A stretch of 64,000 bases of DNA, taken from the NCBI GenBank assembly GCA_012799635.1, contig JAAZKW010000034.1, positions 9,930 through 73,929 on the forward strand, in the 5' to 3' direction. The position numbers and the translations under genes were made by a program. This document shows positions 10,200 through 20,208 of the stretch, one piece after another. The notes beneath the pieces were generated by a model. The model had not been told where the DNA came from and did no database searches. It saw only the letters and a list, made by a program, of their open reading frames with translations. The stretch comes from Mollicutes bacterium. GTDB taxonomy: Bacteria; Bacillota_I; Bacilli_A; RF39; UBA660. Within the stretch, counting starts at the first letter, position 1, and each line of letters opens with the position of its first letter.

Positions 10200-10956
10200 C
10201 TTTTACCCCCATTAAATCCACACAAATATTAGTAAATGCAAGAGATGCTCTGGGATAACTTTTAGCAAAATTTGATTCTAAAGTTAAAATCTTACCATCT
10301 ATTAAATAATTATCGTAATTTTTTATATAAAAGTTTGTTCCTAATGTGTAATCAATGTTACATTTCATAATATTTCTTAAATCAAACAAACTGAAATAAC
10401 TCTTATGAGGATATACTGAATTATTAAGTAATACTTTATACTTAGTTAAATTATTTTCTTCGAATATCTTTAACAAATTATACATATTTTTAATATTAAC
10501 TAAGTCATTACAACAAACTAATAATATTTGATCAACAATATCAAGAACAGTTATATTAAATTCATTTAAATTGTGATTAAGATCCACTAAAATATAATCA
10601 TATTCATAAAGAGCATTAGTAATTATATGCTCAATATGTTTTGACGATACCTTAACTCCTTGTCTTGGATCTGAAGGTGCGGCTAAAAAAGAAATATATT
10701 CATTATATTTTGTTGCATAATTATCTATTGCCTTAAATCTATTATTAGTATAATCATCAACAAAATTATATATTGATTTTTTAAAAGACCTATTTAAAGA
10801 TGTTCCTACAGCACCACTTGTTAAATCAAAATCAATAATTAAAACTTTTTTATTCATACCAGCAAAAACACCAGCAACATTTAAAAGAACTGTCGTTTTA
10901 CCAACGCCTCCTTTAGTTGAAAATACACATAAACTTTTTCCTTTGCTTTTTCCCAT
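10189..10956 (-). CDS. CpaE/TadZ-like ParA/MinD-family ATPase (pilus assembly localisation ATPase)
   Basis: Deviant Walker A STKGGVGKTT, 255 aa, located immediately upstream of cpaF. Confidence 0.7.
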   Translation of the reverse strand: MGKSKGKSLCVFSTKGGVGKTTVLLNVAGVFAGMNKKVLIIDFDLTSGAVGTSLNRSFKKSIYNFVDDYTNNRFKAIDNYATKYNEYISFLAAPSDPRQGVKVSSKHIEHIITNALYEYDYILVDLNHNLNEFNITVLDIVDQILLVCCNDLVNIKNMYNLLKIFEENNLTKYKVLLNNSVYPHKSYFSLFDLRNIMKCNIDYTLGTNFYIKNYDNYLIDGKILTLESNFAKSYPRASLAFTNICVDLMGVKDEK

Positions 10957-10959
10957 ATT

Positions 10960-11325
10960 TTATCCCTTTTTAATCTTTATTACATTATCTTCTTTTGTAC
11001 CTATCAAAGAAGTTCTAATAATGTAATAATTCTTACCTATAACTTTACCAAGTAAACTATCTATTTTAATTTCTATTTTAATATGTAACCCTTCCTCAAA
11101 AGATATCTCTATTTTTTCATATTCAATATTATTATCATTATATAGTTTTATTATATCATCTTTATCATTTCTTTCAATAGAAGTTTTAATAATCGTTCTT
11201 GTAATGGAATTTAATTTAACTTTATTATATGTTATTAATGATGTATCAATAATAACAGCACATGCAAGTAATAATAAAGGAAGAATTATAATAAATAAAG
11301 CAAGTGTTTGACCTTTATTATTCAT
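10960..11325 (-). CDS. TadE-like pseudopilin
   Basis: MNNKGQTLALFIIILPLLLLACAVIIDTSL is a TadE/Flp-like N-terminus. Confidence 0.5.
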   Translation of the reverse strand: MNNKGQTLALFIIILPLLLLACAVIIDTSLITYNKVKLNSITRTIIKTSIERNDKDDIIKLYNDNNIEYEKIEISFEEGLHIKIEIKIDSLLGKVIGKNYYIIRTSLIGTKEDNVIKIKKG

Positions 11326-11626
11326 ATATTATCCTTTTAATAAGGACTTTATGTTCTTGTCCTAAAACAGGTGTTAAAAATGGTGAATAAATATCCACTT
11401 TGTTAGATAAAATATATATTTTATAATTTTCTTTGCTTTCAATTACAAATTCATATTCACTAGAAAGAGCATAGCTTTCATCGGAAATTAAATTTTCTAA
11501 TGTAAGTTCTAAATTGCTTTTATTTTGCATTATTCTTACGTAATCTAAAGTAGCAATTAATAGCATTATAAAAACGGGTACAACGATAATAAATTCGACT
11601 AAAGCCTGACCCTTTTTATTCATCAT
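11318..11626 (-). CDS. TadE-like pseudopilin
   Basis: MMNKKGQALVEFIIVVPVFIMLLIATLDYV shows the G/xxxVEF TadE signature. It is the first gene of the operon; a TTGCAT...TATAAT promoter and an RBS lie in 11627-11731. Confidence 0.6.
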   Translation of the reverse strand: MMNKKGQALVEFIIVVPVFIMLLIATLDYVRIMQNKSNLELTLENLISDESYALSSEYEFVIESKENYKIYILSNKVDIYSPFLTPVLGQEHKVLIKRIIYE

Positions 11627-11731
11627 ATCACCTACTATATTATATTATAGTTAATTTTATCTAAAAATTCAATTATATTTCATTGATTAAAGAACAAAAA
11701 TGCAATATAATTATTTAAAGGAAGGTATTAG

Positions 11732-12370
11732 ATGAACAAAAAAATTATTTTATTGCTATTTATTATAAATTTATTATTATTATCGGCTTGTACTAGTACA
11801 AGTGGTGTTGATAAAATAACTATGCCAAAAGAAAACCCTATTGTAACAATGGAATTTGAAAAATATGGAACAATAACAATTGAACTATATCCAGAAAAAG
11901 CCTTTAATACTGTTGCTAATTTTGTAAACTTAATCGAAGATAAGTTTTATGATGATAATACTGTTCATAGAGTTCAAAAAGGATTTGTAATTCAGGGAGG
12001 AGATCCAACAGGCAAAGGAAATGGGGGACCGGGTTACTCTATTAAGGGAGAATTTAGTGAAAATGGTCATGATAATGATCTAAAGCATACTAAAGGAGTT
12101 ATATCCATGGCAAGAACAAATGATCCTGATTCTGCTGGAAGTCAGTTCTTTATTGTAACAAATGATGATGCAAAATATTCTCTTGATAATAAATACGCTG
12201 GATTTGGTAAAGTAATCGAAGGAATGGATGTTATAGAAAAAATAGAAAAAGAGAAATTTAAATATACTAATGAACAAATGGGAATGTTAAAATCACCATT
12301 TAAAATAATTAAAGCTACTGTAGATACTAAAGGATATGAATATAAGGTAAGAAAAATAGAACAAAATTAA
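11732..12370 (+). CDS. Cyclophilin-type peptidyl-prolyl cis-trans isomerase, lipoprotein
   Basis: Lipobox LLLSAC. Cyclophilin core HRVQKGFVIQGGDPTGKGNGGPGYSIKGEF...QFFIVT. Confidence 0.9.
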   Translation: MNKKIILLLFIINLLLLSACTSTSGVDKITMPKENPIVTMEFEKYGTITIELYPEKAFNTVANFVNLIEDKFYDDNTVHRVQKGFVIQGGDPTGKGNGGPGYSIKGEFSENGHDNDLKHTKGVISMARTNDPDSAGSQFFIVTNDDAKYSLDNKYAGFGKVIEGMDVIEKIEKEKFKYTNEQMGMLKSPFKIIKATVDTKGYEYKVRKIEQN

Positions 12371-12383
12371 TTGTTCTATTTTT
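12357..12383 (+). terminator. Rho-independent terminator of the cyclophilin gene (the stop codon lies in the loop)
   Basis: Hairpin TAGAACAA-AATTAA-TTGTTCTA followed by TTTTT. Confidence 0.6.
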
Positions 12384-12418
12384 ATAACCTCCAAACAAAT
12401 TTTAATATATATGGAGTT

Positions 12419-13909
12419 TTACATGCTCATGGTTTTTTCTGGTTCAATTACCTTTTCTTGTTCCAAAGTTATTTGCAAAGCATCATAAACGCTAATTTTT
12501 ATTAAATAATCTATATAATTATATGGATAAATCCCAGATATACTATCTGCAGGAATTTGATAATCGTCCGTATATTGTTTTTGCATTTCTTTTGTTAAAC
12601 AATCATTTGTAGGTTCTGAATTTATTTTACTTAAAATTTCTTCCACTTGCAACTCTATATCACTTGGAAGAATAATCCCAATTTTATTTAATTCTTCTCT
12701 TATTTGTCTAATAATTAAATCAATACCATAATCAGTAGATGTAGAAGGCGAAAAATAAACCGGCCGAACAATATCTAAATATTCTTTTCTAGTAAAATAA
12801 GTTTTAGTTTCATGAGTTTTTTTAATAAATTCAATAAAACAATTTATATCATCAAAATATTTTTCTCTTGCAGCATCTATAGTATTAAAATGTGGTTCTA
12901 TTGGAAGATTAGGCATGATTTTTTTTAACATTTCATAGTATTTAGCATCATTCCCTGAAAGCCATTCCCACGAAGTAGCTTGTTCAACATGTTTCCCAAG
13001 CAAACCTACTAAAGCATTGGCATATCCTGAAACTTTTTGTCCTTCATAAGCAACAACTATTATATTAGGATTTTGTTTTTTAACACTCTTTATATCTTCT
13101 TTAGGACAAAGAAAAATAGCTTCTGGAGGTAATTGAATTCCACCTTCAAAATAAGTATCAACAACTACACCAGATTTTAAATTTTCAAGTGGCATTTTAT
13201 CAAATGGAATCACAACTGCATACCTACAATTGTCCCAATTACCTAGTCCATGATTTCCTACCTCTGAATTAACTGAAAAATGAAGTGTGTTCCTATTTCT
13301 TGTAAACTTATATTCGCCAACTTTATTCATTCCAAAGAAACCTTTATGAATTAATCCGGTTTCTTTCAGAGTTCTAATTCTTCCACCAGATGGAATATAT
13401 CTTGTTTTATGAACTAAAACAAAATCTTCTAAACCATTATACCTTTCGGGGTTATTTTGGGTTGTTTTATCTTTTTCACTTAAAGTGATGGTTATACCAT
13501 TTGCATCAGCTAAAGATATTAATTCTGAAAAACTCAAATTAAAATCTGCTAATTTTTCTTTTTCTTGATATAACCGAGTTATTTTTTTAATTATTTCATT
13601 TCTATCTTTAAATAAAGATATACATCTAGATAATAATAATTTCTTTTCCTCTAATAACTCAATATGCTCTTTTAATTTTTTAATTCCTTTAGGATTAAAT
13701 AATCTTTTTAAAAAACTCCTTTGATTTATTTTAGCTTCATTTAAAAGTTGTTCATGCTCATTATAAACTGCCTGTATTTCTTCCAACATTGTGTTACAAT
13801 CTAAGCTCAACTTTTCTAACAATTCTTGTATTTGCTTATTATAACTTATTAATTCCTCATTTTCTTTTAGTTCTTTTTGACAAAGAATTTCTCTTAATTG
13901 TTCAATCAT
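12419..13909 (-). CDS. Hypothetical cytoplasmic protein (496 aa), coiled-coil N-terminus, no recognisable family
   Basis: Long uninterrupted ORF downstream of ileS on the same strand. No signal peptide or TM segment. Confidence 0.4.
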   Translation of the reverse strand: MIEQLREILCQKELKENEELISYNKQIQELLEKLSLDCNTMLEEIQAVYNEHEQLLNEAKINQRSFLKRLFNPKGIKKLKEHIELLEEKKLLLSRCISLFKDRNEIIKKITRLYQEKEKLADFNLSFSELISLADANGITITLSEKDKTTQNNPERYNGLEDFVLVHKTRYIPSGGRIRTLKETGLIHKGFFGMNKVGEYKFTRNRNTLHFSVNSEVGNHGLGNWDNCRYAVVIPFDKMPLENLKSGVVVDTYFEGGIQLPPEAIFLCPKEDIKSVKKQNPNIIVVAYEGQKVSGYANALVGLLGKHVEQATSWEWLSGNDAKYYEMLKKIMPNLPIEPHFNTIDAAREKYFDDINCFIEFIKKTHETKTYFTRKEYLDIVRPVYFSPSTSTDYGIDLIIRQIREELNKIGIILPSDIELQVEEILSKINSEPTNDCLTKEMQKQYTDDYQIPADSISGIYPYNYIDYLIKISVYDALQITLEQEKVIEPEKTMSM

Positions 13910-13973
13910 ACTATCACCAGTTTTATTTTAACATACCAATAATATTTTAACAATCTGAGACCTTTTAATATTA

Positions 13974-16900
13974 TTAATTCTTTATTAGACTAATACCAAT
14001 ATTATAATCGTTTAAATTATAATCTAAACTTAATGTATCATCAAAAATAATATCTACTGCTAAAGTTTCATTTTTAATATAATCAGCATTATCAATAATA
14101 CTATCTTTAAATAAACCCTCCGTATTATATTTAATTATAATCCGATCTGCAATATCAAAATTGTTTTCTTTTCTTAGCATTTGTACTTTAGATACAAATT
14201 CTCGTGCATTACCTTCTTTGATTAAAGATTCATTTAAAGTAGTATTTAAAATAACAAAATCACCTAAAGATGTTCCAATATTAAAACCTTCTTTTGCAGT
14301 ATATCGAATATCTACCATATCTTTAGTAATATCATATAAAGTATTATCAATTTTCATTTGGATAACACTATCATTTTGAAGTTTTTCAATATCTGATGAT
14401 GATAATTCTAATAATTTTTTAGCATATTCATGAATGTTTTTACCAAAGATTTTACCCACTACTTTAAATTCTGGTTTAATTGTAAAGTCCATATACTTGT
14501 TTAAATCTTTTTCAAAAACAACTTCTTTAACATTTAATTCTTCTTTAATCAATGTTGTAAGACTAGATAATAATTTTTCATTCTTACCATCAATTAATAC
14601 TTCTGACAACGGTTGTCTTACTTTAATTTTATTTTCTTCTCTAACATATCTTCCAATACTAATTAAATTTCTTACTAAATCCATTTTATCTTCTAAATCT
14701 TTATTTATTAATGATTTATCATATTTAGGAAAAGGTGCTAAATGAACTGACTTATTCCCAGTTATTTTTTGATATATTTCTTCGGATACAAAAGGTACTA
14801 TTGGAGCAATCATTTTACATAACCCAGTTATTACTTCATATGTTGTTATATATACTGATTTCTTACTATTATTAAGTTCTGATCCCCAGAAACGATCTCT
14901 ATTTCTCCTGATATACCAATTAGATAAATCTTCAGATACAAAATTAGTAATAACTTTTACTACTTTATTTAAATCATATACATCATAACTTTCTGTTACA
15001 TATTTTAATAAACTATTATATTTAGATAATAACCATTTATCTATTTCTTCGCGCTCTTTTACATCAATATTACAATCATTGATATCAATATTATCTGTAG
15101 TTGCATACATCGAAAAGAAATTATAAGTATTTTTTAAAGGATTAAAGAACTTAGAATGGACTTCTTTTAAGCCTTCTTCATCAAACTTTAGTGGTATCCA
15201 AACTGGTGATGCATAAGGAATATACCATCTAATAGCATCTGCTCCATACTTTTCTAGTAAAGCAAATGGTTCAATAGAATTACCTTTTGATTTATGCATT
15301 TTTTGACCATGTTTATCAAGCAACAATTCATTTACTAAAACATTCTTATAAGGAGACTTGCCAGTTAAAAAGACTCCGATTACAAGTAGTGAATAAAACC
15401 AACCTCTTGTTTGATCAATACCTTCACAAATAAAATCAGCTGGATATTGTTCTTCCCATAGCTTTTTATTTTCAAAAGGATAATGATATTGTGCAAATGG
15501 CATAGATCCCGAATCAAACCAACAATCAATAACTTCAGGTGTTCTTTGCATCTTTTTACTACATTTAGGGCATTTGATAAAAACATTATCAACAAATGGC
15601 TTATGTAAATCAATATCCTTATCATTTAACTTTTCTATTGACCTTTCTTTCAGCTCTTTAATTGAACCTATCATTTCCATATGACCACAGTCACAGCGCC
15701 ATAAAGGAAGAGGGGTTCCCCAATATCTATTTCTTGATATTGCCCAATCGGTCATATTTAAAAGCCAGTTACCAAATCTTTTGGTTCCAACATATTCAGG
15801 GAACCAGTTTACTTTTTCATTTGCTTTTATAATTTCATCTTTAATCTTAGTAACTTCAAGATAATAAGATGGTCTTGCATAGTAAACTAAAGGACTATGA
15901 CATCTCCAACAATGAGGATATTCATGATCCATCTTCTGTTTTTTAAATAACTTATTATTTTCTTTTAAGTAATCTACTATTTTTAAATCAGCATCAAAAA
16001 TATTTTCTCCTTGCCAAGGTCCCTCATTAAATGTTCCATCTTCATTAACGGGATTTAATATAGCAAGATTATATCTTTTGCATACTTTATTATCATCCTC
16101 ACCAAACGCAGGAGCTATATGAACAATTCCCGTACCATCTTCAGTTGTTACAAAATCATCACACATAACTATAAAAGCTTTTTTTGATGGTTTTAATATC
16201 GGCATTAATTGCTCATATTCTGTATATTCTAAATCTTTACCTTTACATTTAGATAAAACTTTATATTCATCACCCAAAATCACAGGAGCTAATTTTTCTG
16301 ATAAAATAAATTTATTTCCTTTAGAAAGAGCTGTAATATATGTTTCATTTGGATTAACACAAAGGCCTACATTTGATATTAAAGTCCATGGTGTTGTAGT
16401 CCATACAAGAAAATATTCATCACTATCTTTCTTCTTAAAAGTAACATAAACAGTGTTTGCCGTTATATTTTCATATCCTTGAGCAACTTCATGAGAAGCA
16501 AGTCCTGTACCACATCTAGGGCACCAAGGAAGAATCTTTTGCCCTTCATAAAACATCTTTTCTTCAAAAAATCTTTTTAAAATATACCATACGGTTTCAA
16601 TATATGAATTATCATACGTAATGTAAGGGTTATCAAGATCAATGAATTGACCCATTTCTTTAGTTAATCGATTAAAAGCATCAACATTTTTCCAAACAGA
16701 TTCACGACATTTCTGATTAAATTTATCAATGCCATATTTTTCAATATCATCTTTCCCAGAAAAGCCTAATTCTTTTTCAACTTGTACTTCAACAGGAAGA
16801 CCATGAGTATCCCATCCTACTTTTCGAAGAACTTTTTTACCTTTCATAGTTTGATATTTACCAAAAGTATCTTTTAAAAACTTTGCTATCATATGATGAA

Positions 16901-17057
16901 GTCCTGGATTTCCATTGGCAGTTGCTGGTCCATCATAAAAAACAAAAGTTTCGTTTTCTTCCTTTATTGATTTTTCAAAAATTTTTTCTGTTTCAAAAAA
17001 GGTTCTAATATCTTTTTCTGTTTCATACACTTTTTTATCACTTAATTTTTTAAACAT
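13974..17057 (-). CDS. ileS: Isoleucyl-tRNA synthetase
   Basis: HIGH-like PATANGNPGLHH and KMSKS-like KMHKSKGN motifs, plus a Zn-finger Cys cluster. The true start is ATG MFKKLSD with a GGAGGG RBS. The ORF-track N-terminal extension (17058-17108) overlaps the T-box terminator. Confidence 0.93.
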   Translation of the reverse strand: MFKKLSDKKVYETEKDIRTFFETEKIFEKSIKEENETFVFYDGPATANGNPGLHHMIAKFLKDTFGKYQTMKGKKVLRKVGWDTHGLPVEVQVEKELGFSGKDDIEKYGIDKFNQKCRESVWKNVDAFNRLTKEMGQFIDLDNPYITYDNSYIETVWYILKRFFEEKMFYEGQKILPWCPRCGTGLASHEVAQGYENITANTVYVTFKKKDSDEYFLVWTTTPWTLISNVGLCVNPNETYITALSKGNKFILSEKLAPVILGDEYKVLSKCKGKDLEYTEYEQLMPILKPSKKAFIVMCDDFVTTEDGTGIVHIAPAFGEDDNKVCKRYNLAILNPVNEDGTFNEGPWQGENIFDADLKIVDYLKENNKLFKKQKMDHEYPHCWRCHSPLVYYARPSYYLEVTKIKDEIIKANEKVNWFPEYVGTKRFGNWLLNMTDWAISRNRYWGTPLPLWRCDCGHMEMIGSIKELKERSIEKLNDKDIDLHKPFVDNVFIKCPKCSKKMQRTPEVIDCWFDSGSMPFAQYHYPFENKKLWEEQYPADFICEGIDQTRGWFYSLLVIGVFLTGKSPYKNVLVNELLLDKHGQKMHKSKGNSIEPFALLEKYGADAIRWYIPYASPVWIPLKFDEEGLKEVHSKFFNPLKNTYNFFSMYATTDNIDINDCNIDVKEREEIDKWLLSKYNSLLKYVTESYDVYDLNKVVKVITNFVSEDLSNWYIRRNRDRFWGSELNNSKKSVYITTYEVITGLCKMIAPIVPFVSEEIYQKITGNKSVHLAPFPKYDKSLINKDLEDKMDLVRNLISIGRYVREENKIKVRQPLSEVLIDGKNEKLLSSLTTLIKEELNVKEVVFEKDLNKYMDFTIKPEFKVVGKIFGKNIHEYAKKLLELSSSDIEKLQNDSVIQMKIDNTLYDITKDMVDIRYTAKEGFNIGTSLGDFVILNTTLNESLIKEGNAREFVSKVQMLRKENNFDIADRIIIKYNTEGLFKDSIIDNADYIKNETLAVDIIFDDTLSLDYNLNDYNIGISLIKN

Positions 17058-17290
17058 ATTCCCTCCATAAAAAAAGGTAATACCAAAGGGCGAAAACCGC
17101 GGTACCACCTTTATTTTTTCTTAATAATTTAACGCTTCTTAGCGTCTTATCTTACTGTGTTTTCAGATAAGAAGTTTACAAGTGATCTAGATATATCATC
17201 ATTACTAATTTTCATCAACCATCAGCTTTCTTAAAACTTTAATATATCCCCTCTTGGTCATAACTTTTAAACAATACATTCATTTTAATA
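17058..17290 (-). promoter_or_regulatory. T-box riboswitch leader of ileS with its promoter
   Basis: Minus-strand sequence AAUAAAGGUGGUACCGCGG matches the conserved T-box. It is followed by a terminator hairpin, AAGGUGGUACC...GGUAUUACCUU plus a U-run, directly before the ileS RBS. Candidate specifier AUC-A lies in ...UAGAUCACU.... A promoter TTGCAG-N17-TAAAAT sits at about 17282-17310. Confidence 0.8.
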
Positions 17291-17453
17291 TAAATATTGT
17301 AAAACTGCAAGAGTTATTGACTAACTTTGTTATTTATCAAAGTAAATGCAATAAATAATAAAATCTAAGTCTTTTATATTTTTACTTTTTAGGACTCGAA
17401 AAAAACAACACTTCTTAATGAAAGAATATCATCACTAAATACATATTAGTACA

Positions 17454-17759
17454 TTATTGTAAATCATCACGTGATATTCTTGAAATAGCTATATCATTTT
17501 CGTATTCTATAAAAGTTAATTTCTTGTTATTATCAAAAAAATATTTAGAAAGTGATACATATATAGGATTTATCTCATTTAATTTATTAATAGTCTCTTG
17601 ATTCAAAGGCTTTAACAAATCATTAATAATGATTTCTTCATTTCCGATATCAAAATTTTCAAAACCATTTCCATTATTATTAATTTTAACATTATAACCA
17701 AATTTTATAATATTAGTCTTCCCAAACAAATTAATATTTCTTTTTATAATATATTTCAT
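17454..17759 (-). CDS. Hypothetical protein (101 aa)
   Basis: ORF only, no motif recognised. Confidence 0.25.
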   Translation of the reverse strand: MKYIIKRNINLFGKTNIIKFGYNVKINNNGNGFENFDIGNEEIIINDLLKPLNQETINKLNEINPIYVSLSKYFFDNNKKLTFIEYENDIAISRISRDDLQ

Positions 17760-17840
17760 AATATCACTTCTTTCTAAAAAAGGGGAAAGTAAAACTACTA
17801 CTCACCAATAATTTAAATTATACTTTTCACAAAACTTCTT

Positions 17841-17864
17841 AAAATAAAAAGAGATTACTCTCTT
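17841..17864 (-). terminator. Rho-independent terminator after yneF
   Basis: Minus-strand hairpin AAGAGA-GUAA-UCUCUU followed by a U-run. Confidence 0.45.
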
Positions 17865-18072
17865 ATTTAAATCGATTCATTTGACTCATAACTTGTTTAA
17901 CTTGCTTAGCAGATGGTTTTCTTCCCATACTACTCATCATAGCTTCAATCATTTTCTCATTAATTGGTGGGTTTTCAGTAAGTTGTTTTTTCATCAACTG
18001 TTTAGAAATTATAAATCCAATAATTATCCCTACAACTAAAGAGCCAATACTCCATAATATTGTTTCTAACAT
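17863..18072 (-). CDS. yneF: UPF0154 family small membrane protein (YneF-like)
   Basis: A TM helix followed by ENPPINEKMIEAMMSSMGRKPSAKQVKQVM, collinear with Bacillus YneF. A GGAG RBS is present. Confidence 0.75.
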   Translation of the reverse strand: MLETILWSIGSLVVGIIIGFIISKQLMKKQLTENPPINEKMIEAMMSSMGRKPSAKQVKQVMSQMNRFK

Positions 18073-18128
18073 TTTCTATCTCCTTAACTGATATTTTACT
18101 ATAATTAGATTATTCTAGCAACCTCTCT

Positions 18129-20117
18129 TTAATCAAAATTTTTCTTTATTCGATATAAAATAGAATTATAATCAAAATTTAAATATTTAAGAACATCATC
18201 TTTTTTACCAGATATACCAAACTCATCAACACCAATAGCACAATCTTTGTTTGTTGCAAAACGATTCCATATCATTGATGAACCTGCTTCTAAGGTAATA
18301 ATTTTGACTTCTTTAGGGAAAAGCTTTTCCTCATAAATAGGAGTTTGTTTTAAAAACAATTCCATACATGGCATAGATACTACCCTAAGATCTATTCCTT
18401 GAGTAAATAATTCCTCTGCAGCTTTTAATGCAATAGCTACTTCAGATCCTGTCGCAATAAGTACTCCAGATAATTTTTCTTTTTCTTTTCTAACAATATA
18501 AGCTCCATATTGAACATATTTTCCGTTTGTATGCTTATTAACAATCATTTTTTCTTTAGAAATAATTAAACACGAAGGTCCTTTATTTTTTAAAATATAT
18601 TCCCACGAACCAATAATCTCCTTAATATCACAAGGCCTAAACACCTTCATATTAGGAATACTACGAAGCATAGTAAGTTGTTCTATTGGTTGAAAGGTTG
18701 GACCATCTTGGCCAATAGAAATGCTATCATGAGTAAAGATATAAGTGATTGGTAAATTCATCATAGCACTAACTCTCATCGCAGGTTTCATATAATCAGC
18801 AAAAGCTAAAAATGTTGAGGAAAAAACCCTAAGGCCACAAAGGGCCATGCCACCTAGAATACCAGCCATAGCATGTTCTCTAATTCCAAAAGCAATATTT
18901 TTAGCAAGAGGGTTTTCCGAAGATGAAATGCCACTTTTTGTAAAATAAGCTTTTGTTAAAGTTTTAATATTACTAGAGCCACCTAAAAAGAATTTAGTCT
19001 TCGGAGAAATAAAATTAAGCACCTTTTGATTTGATAATCTTCCGTCTTCAAAATAATCGTTATTAATTTTATAATTATTACTATCAAAATCAATAATAAA
19101 TTGATCATTCTCAAGTAAATTAATCATATATACTAAATCAGGATTCCTACTTTTCTTAGCTTTATCATATTCTTTTAACCAAGCTTCATATTTTTTAGAA
19201 ACTCTTTTATCAATAGAACTTATTATCTCTTCTTTTATTTTTTCATCATAACTAAAAGATTCTTTTGGAAGTCCATATTTAACTTTTAAATCGATAATAT
19301 CTTTTTCATCAAGACCTCCAGCATGAAGGATATTATTATTTTCTTTTTTTAAATCTTTACCCAAAATTGTTTTAAAAATAATTATAGAAGGATACTTACT
19401 TCTTTTAGCTTCTTTTATAGCACTACTCACTTCATTTAAATTATGACCATTTTTAACATATATCACATTAAAGTCTAAAGCATCAAAACGATCTTCAATA
19501 TCTTCGATAGTTGAATTATATGTTGGCCCATCTGCATTCATATCATTACTATCATATAAAACAATTAATTTATTTAGTTTTTGCTTAGCTGCAAAAGCAA
19601 GTGCTTCATAACTAATACCTTCATCTAAATCACCATCGCTACATAAAACATAAGTATAAAAATCAATTAATTTACTTTTTGGATCAACCTTTTTACTTAA
19701 ATTTTCATAATATCTTTCTGCCATAGCAACACCAACTGCAGTTGCAATTCCTTGACCAAGAGGGCCAGTTGTTGCCTCAATTCCTAATTCTGGATCCATT
19801 TCTGGATGGCCTGGAGTAAACGAATCTATTTGTCTAAACCTTTTTAAATCCTCTAAGGAAAGATTATAACCTGCTAAATGAAGCATAGAATAATACATAG
19901 CAGAGCCATGACCACATGACATAATAAAACGATCCCTATTAATCCATTTAGGAATTTTACTAATGGTATTTAAATGATTTAAATAAAGACTATATAAAAT
20001 TGGTGACGCACTAAGGACAATACCAGGATTACCACTTTCTGCTTCATTTATCATATCAAGAGCTAGTAATTTTACAGTATTAAGTTTTTTATCGTTCCTT
20101 ATTGCCATATATATCAC
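18129..20117 (-). CDS. tkt: Transketolase
   Basis: 662 aa. ThDP-binding GHPE...GPLGQGI...CSDGDLDEG motifs. Confidence 0.9.
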   Translation of the reverse strand: MIYMAIRNDKKLNTVKLLALDMINEAESGNPGIVLSASPILYSLYLNHLNTISKIPKWINRDRFIMSCGHGSAMYYSMLHLAGYNLSLEDLKRFRQIDSFTPGHPEMDPELGIEATTGPLGQGIATAVGVAMAERYYENLSKKVDPKSKLIDFYTYVLCSDGDLDEGISYEALAFAAKQKLNKLIVLYDSNDMNADGPTYNSTIEDIEDRFDALDFNVIYVKNGHNLNEVSSAIKEAKRSKYPSIIIFKTILGKDLKKENNNILHAGGLDEKDIIDLKVKYGLPKESFSYDEKIKEEIISSIDKRVSKKYEAWLKEYDKAKKSRNPDLVYMINLLENDQFIIDFDSNNYKINNDYFEDGRLSNQKVLNFISPKTKFFLGGSSNIKTLTKAYFTKSGISSSENPLAKNIAFGIREHAMAGILGGMALCGLRVFSSTFLAFADYMKPAMRVSAMMNLPITYIFTHDSISIGQDGPTFQPIEQLTMLRSIPNMKVFRPCDIKEIIGSWEYILKNKGPSCLIISKEKMIVNKHTNGKYVQYGAYIVRKEKEKLSGVLIATGSEVAIALKAAEELFTQGIDLRVVSMPCMELFLKQTPIYEEKLFPKEVKIITLEAGSSMIWNRFATNKDCAIGVDEFGISGKKDDVLKYLNFDYNSILYRIKKNFD

Positions 20118-20208
20118 TTCCTAAGTATATATTTTAACATGTAAATCAAAGTTAGTAAATTGAATAAAGTTTTTTAATTAAAAAACATATCCTTTAATAG
20201 GATATATT

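Noticed and set aside
17058-17108. N-terminal 17 codons of the ORF-track ileS (MVPRFSPFGITFFYGGN)
   Set aside because: This stretch translates the T-box terminator and RBS. The real start is the downstream ATG, preceded by GGAGGG.
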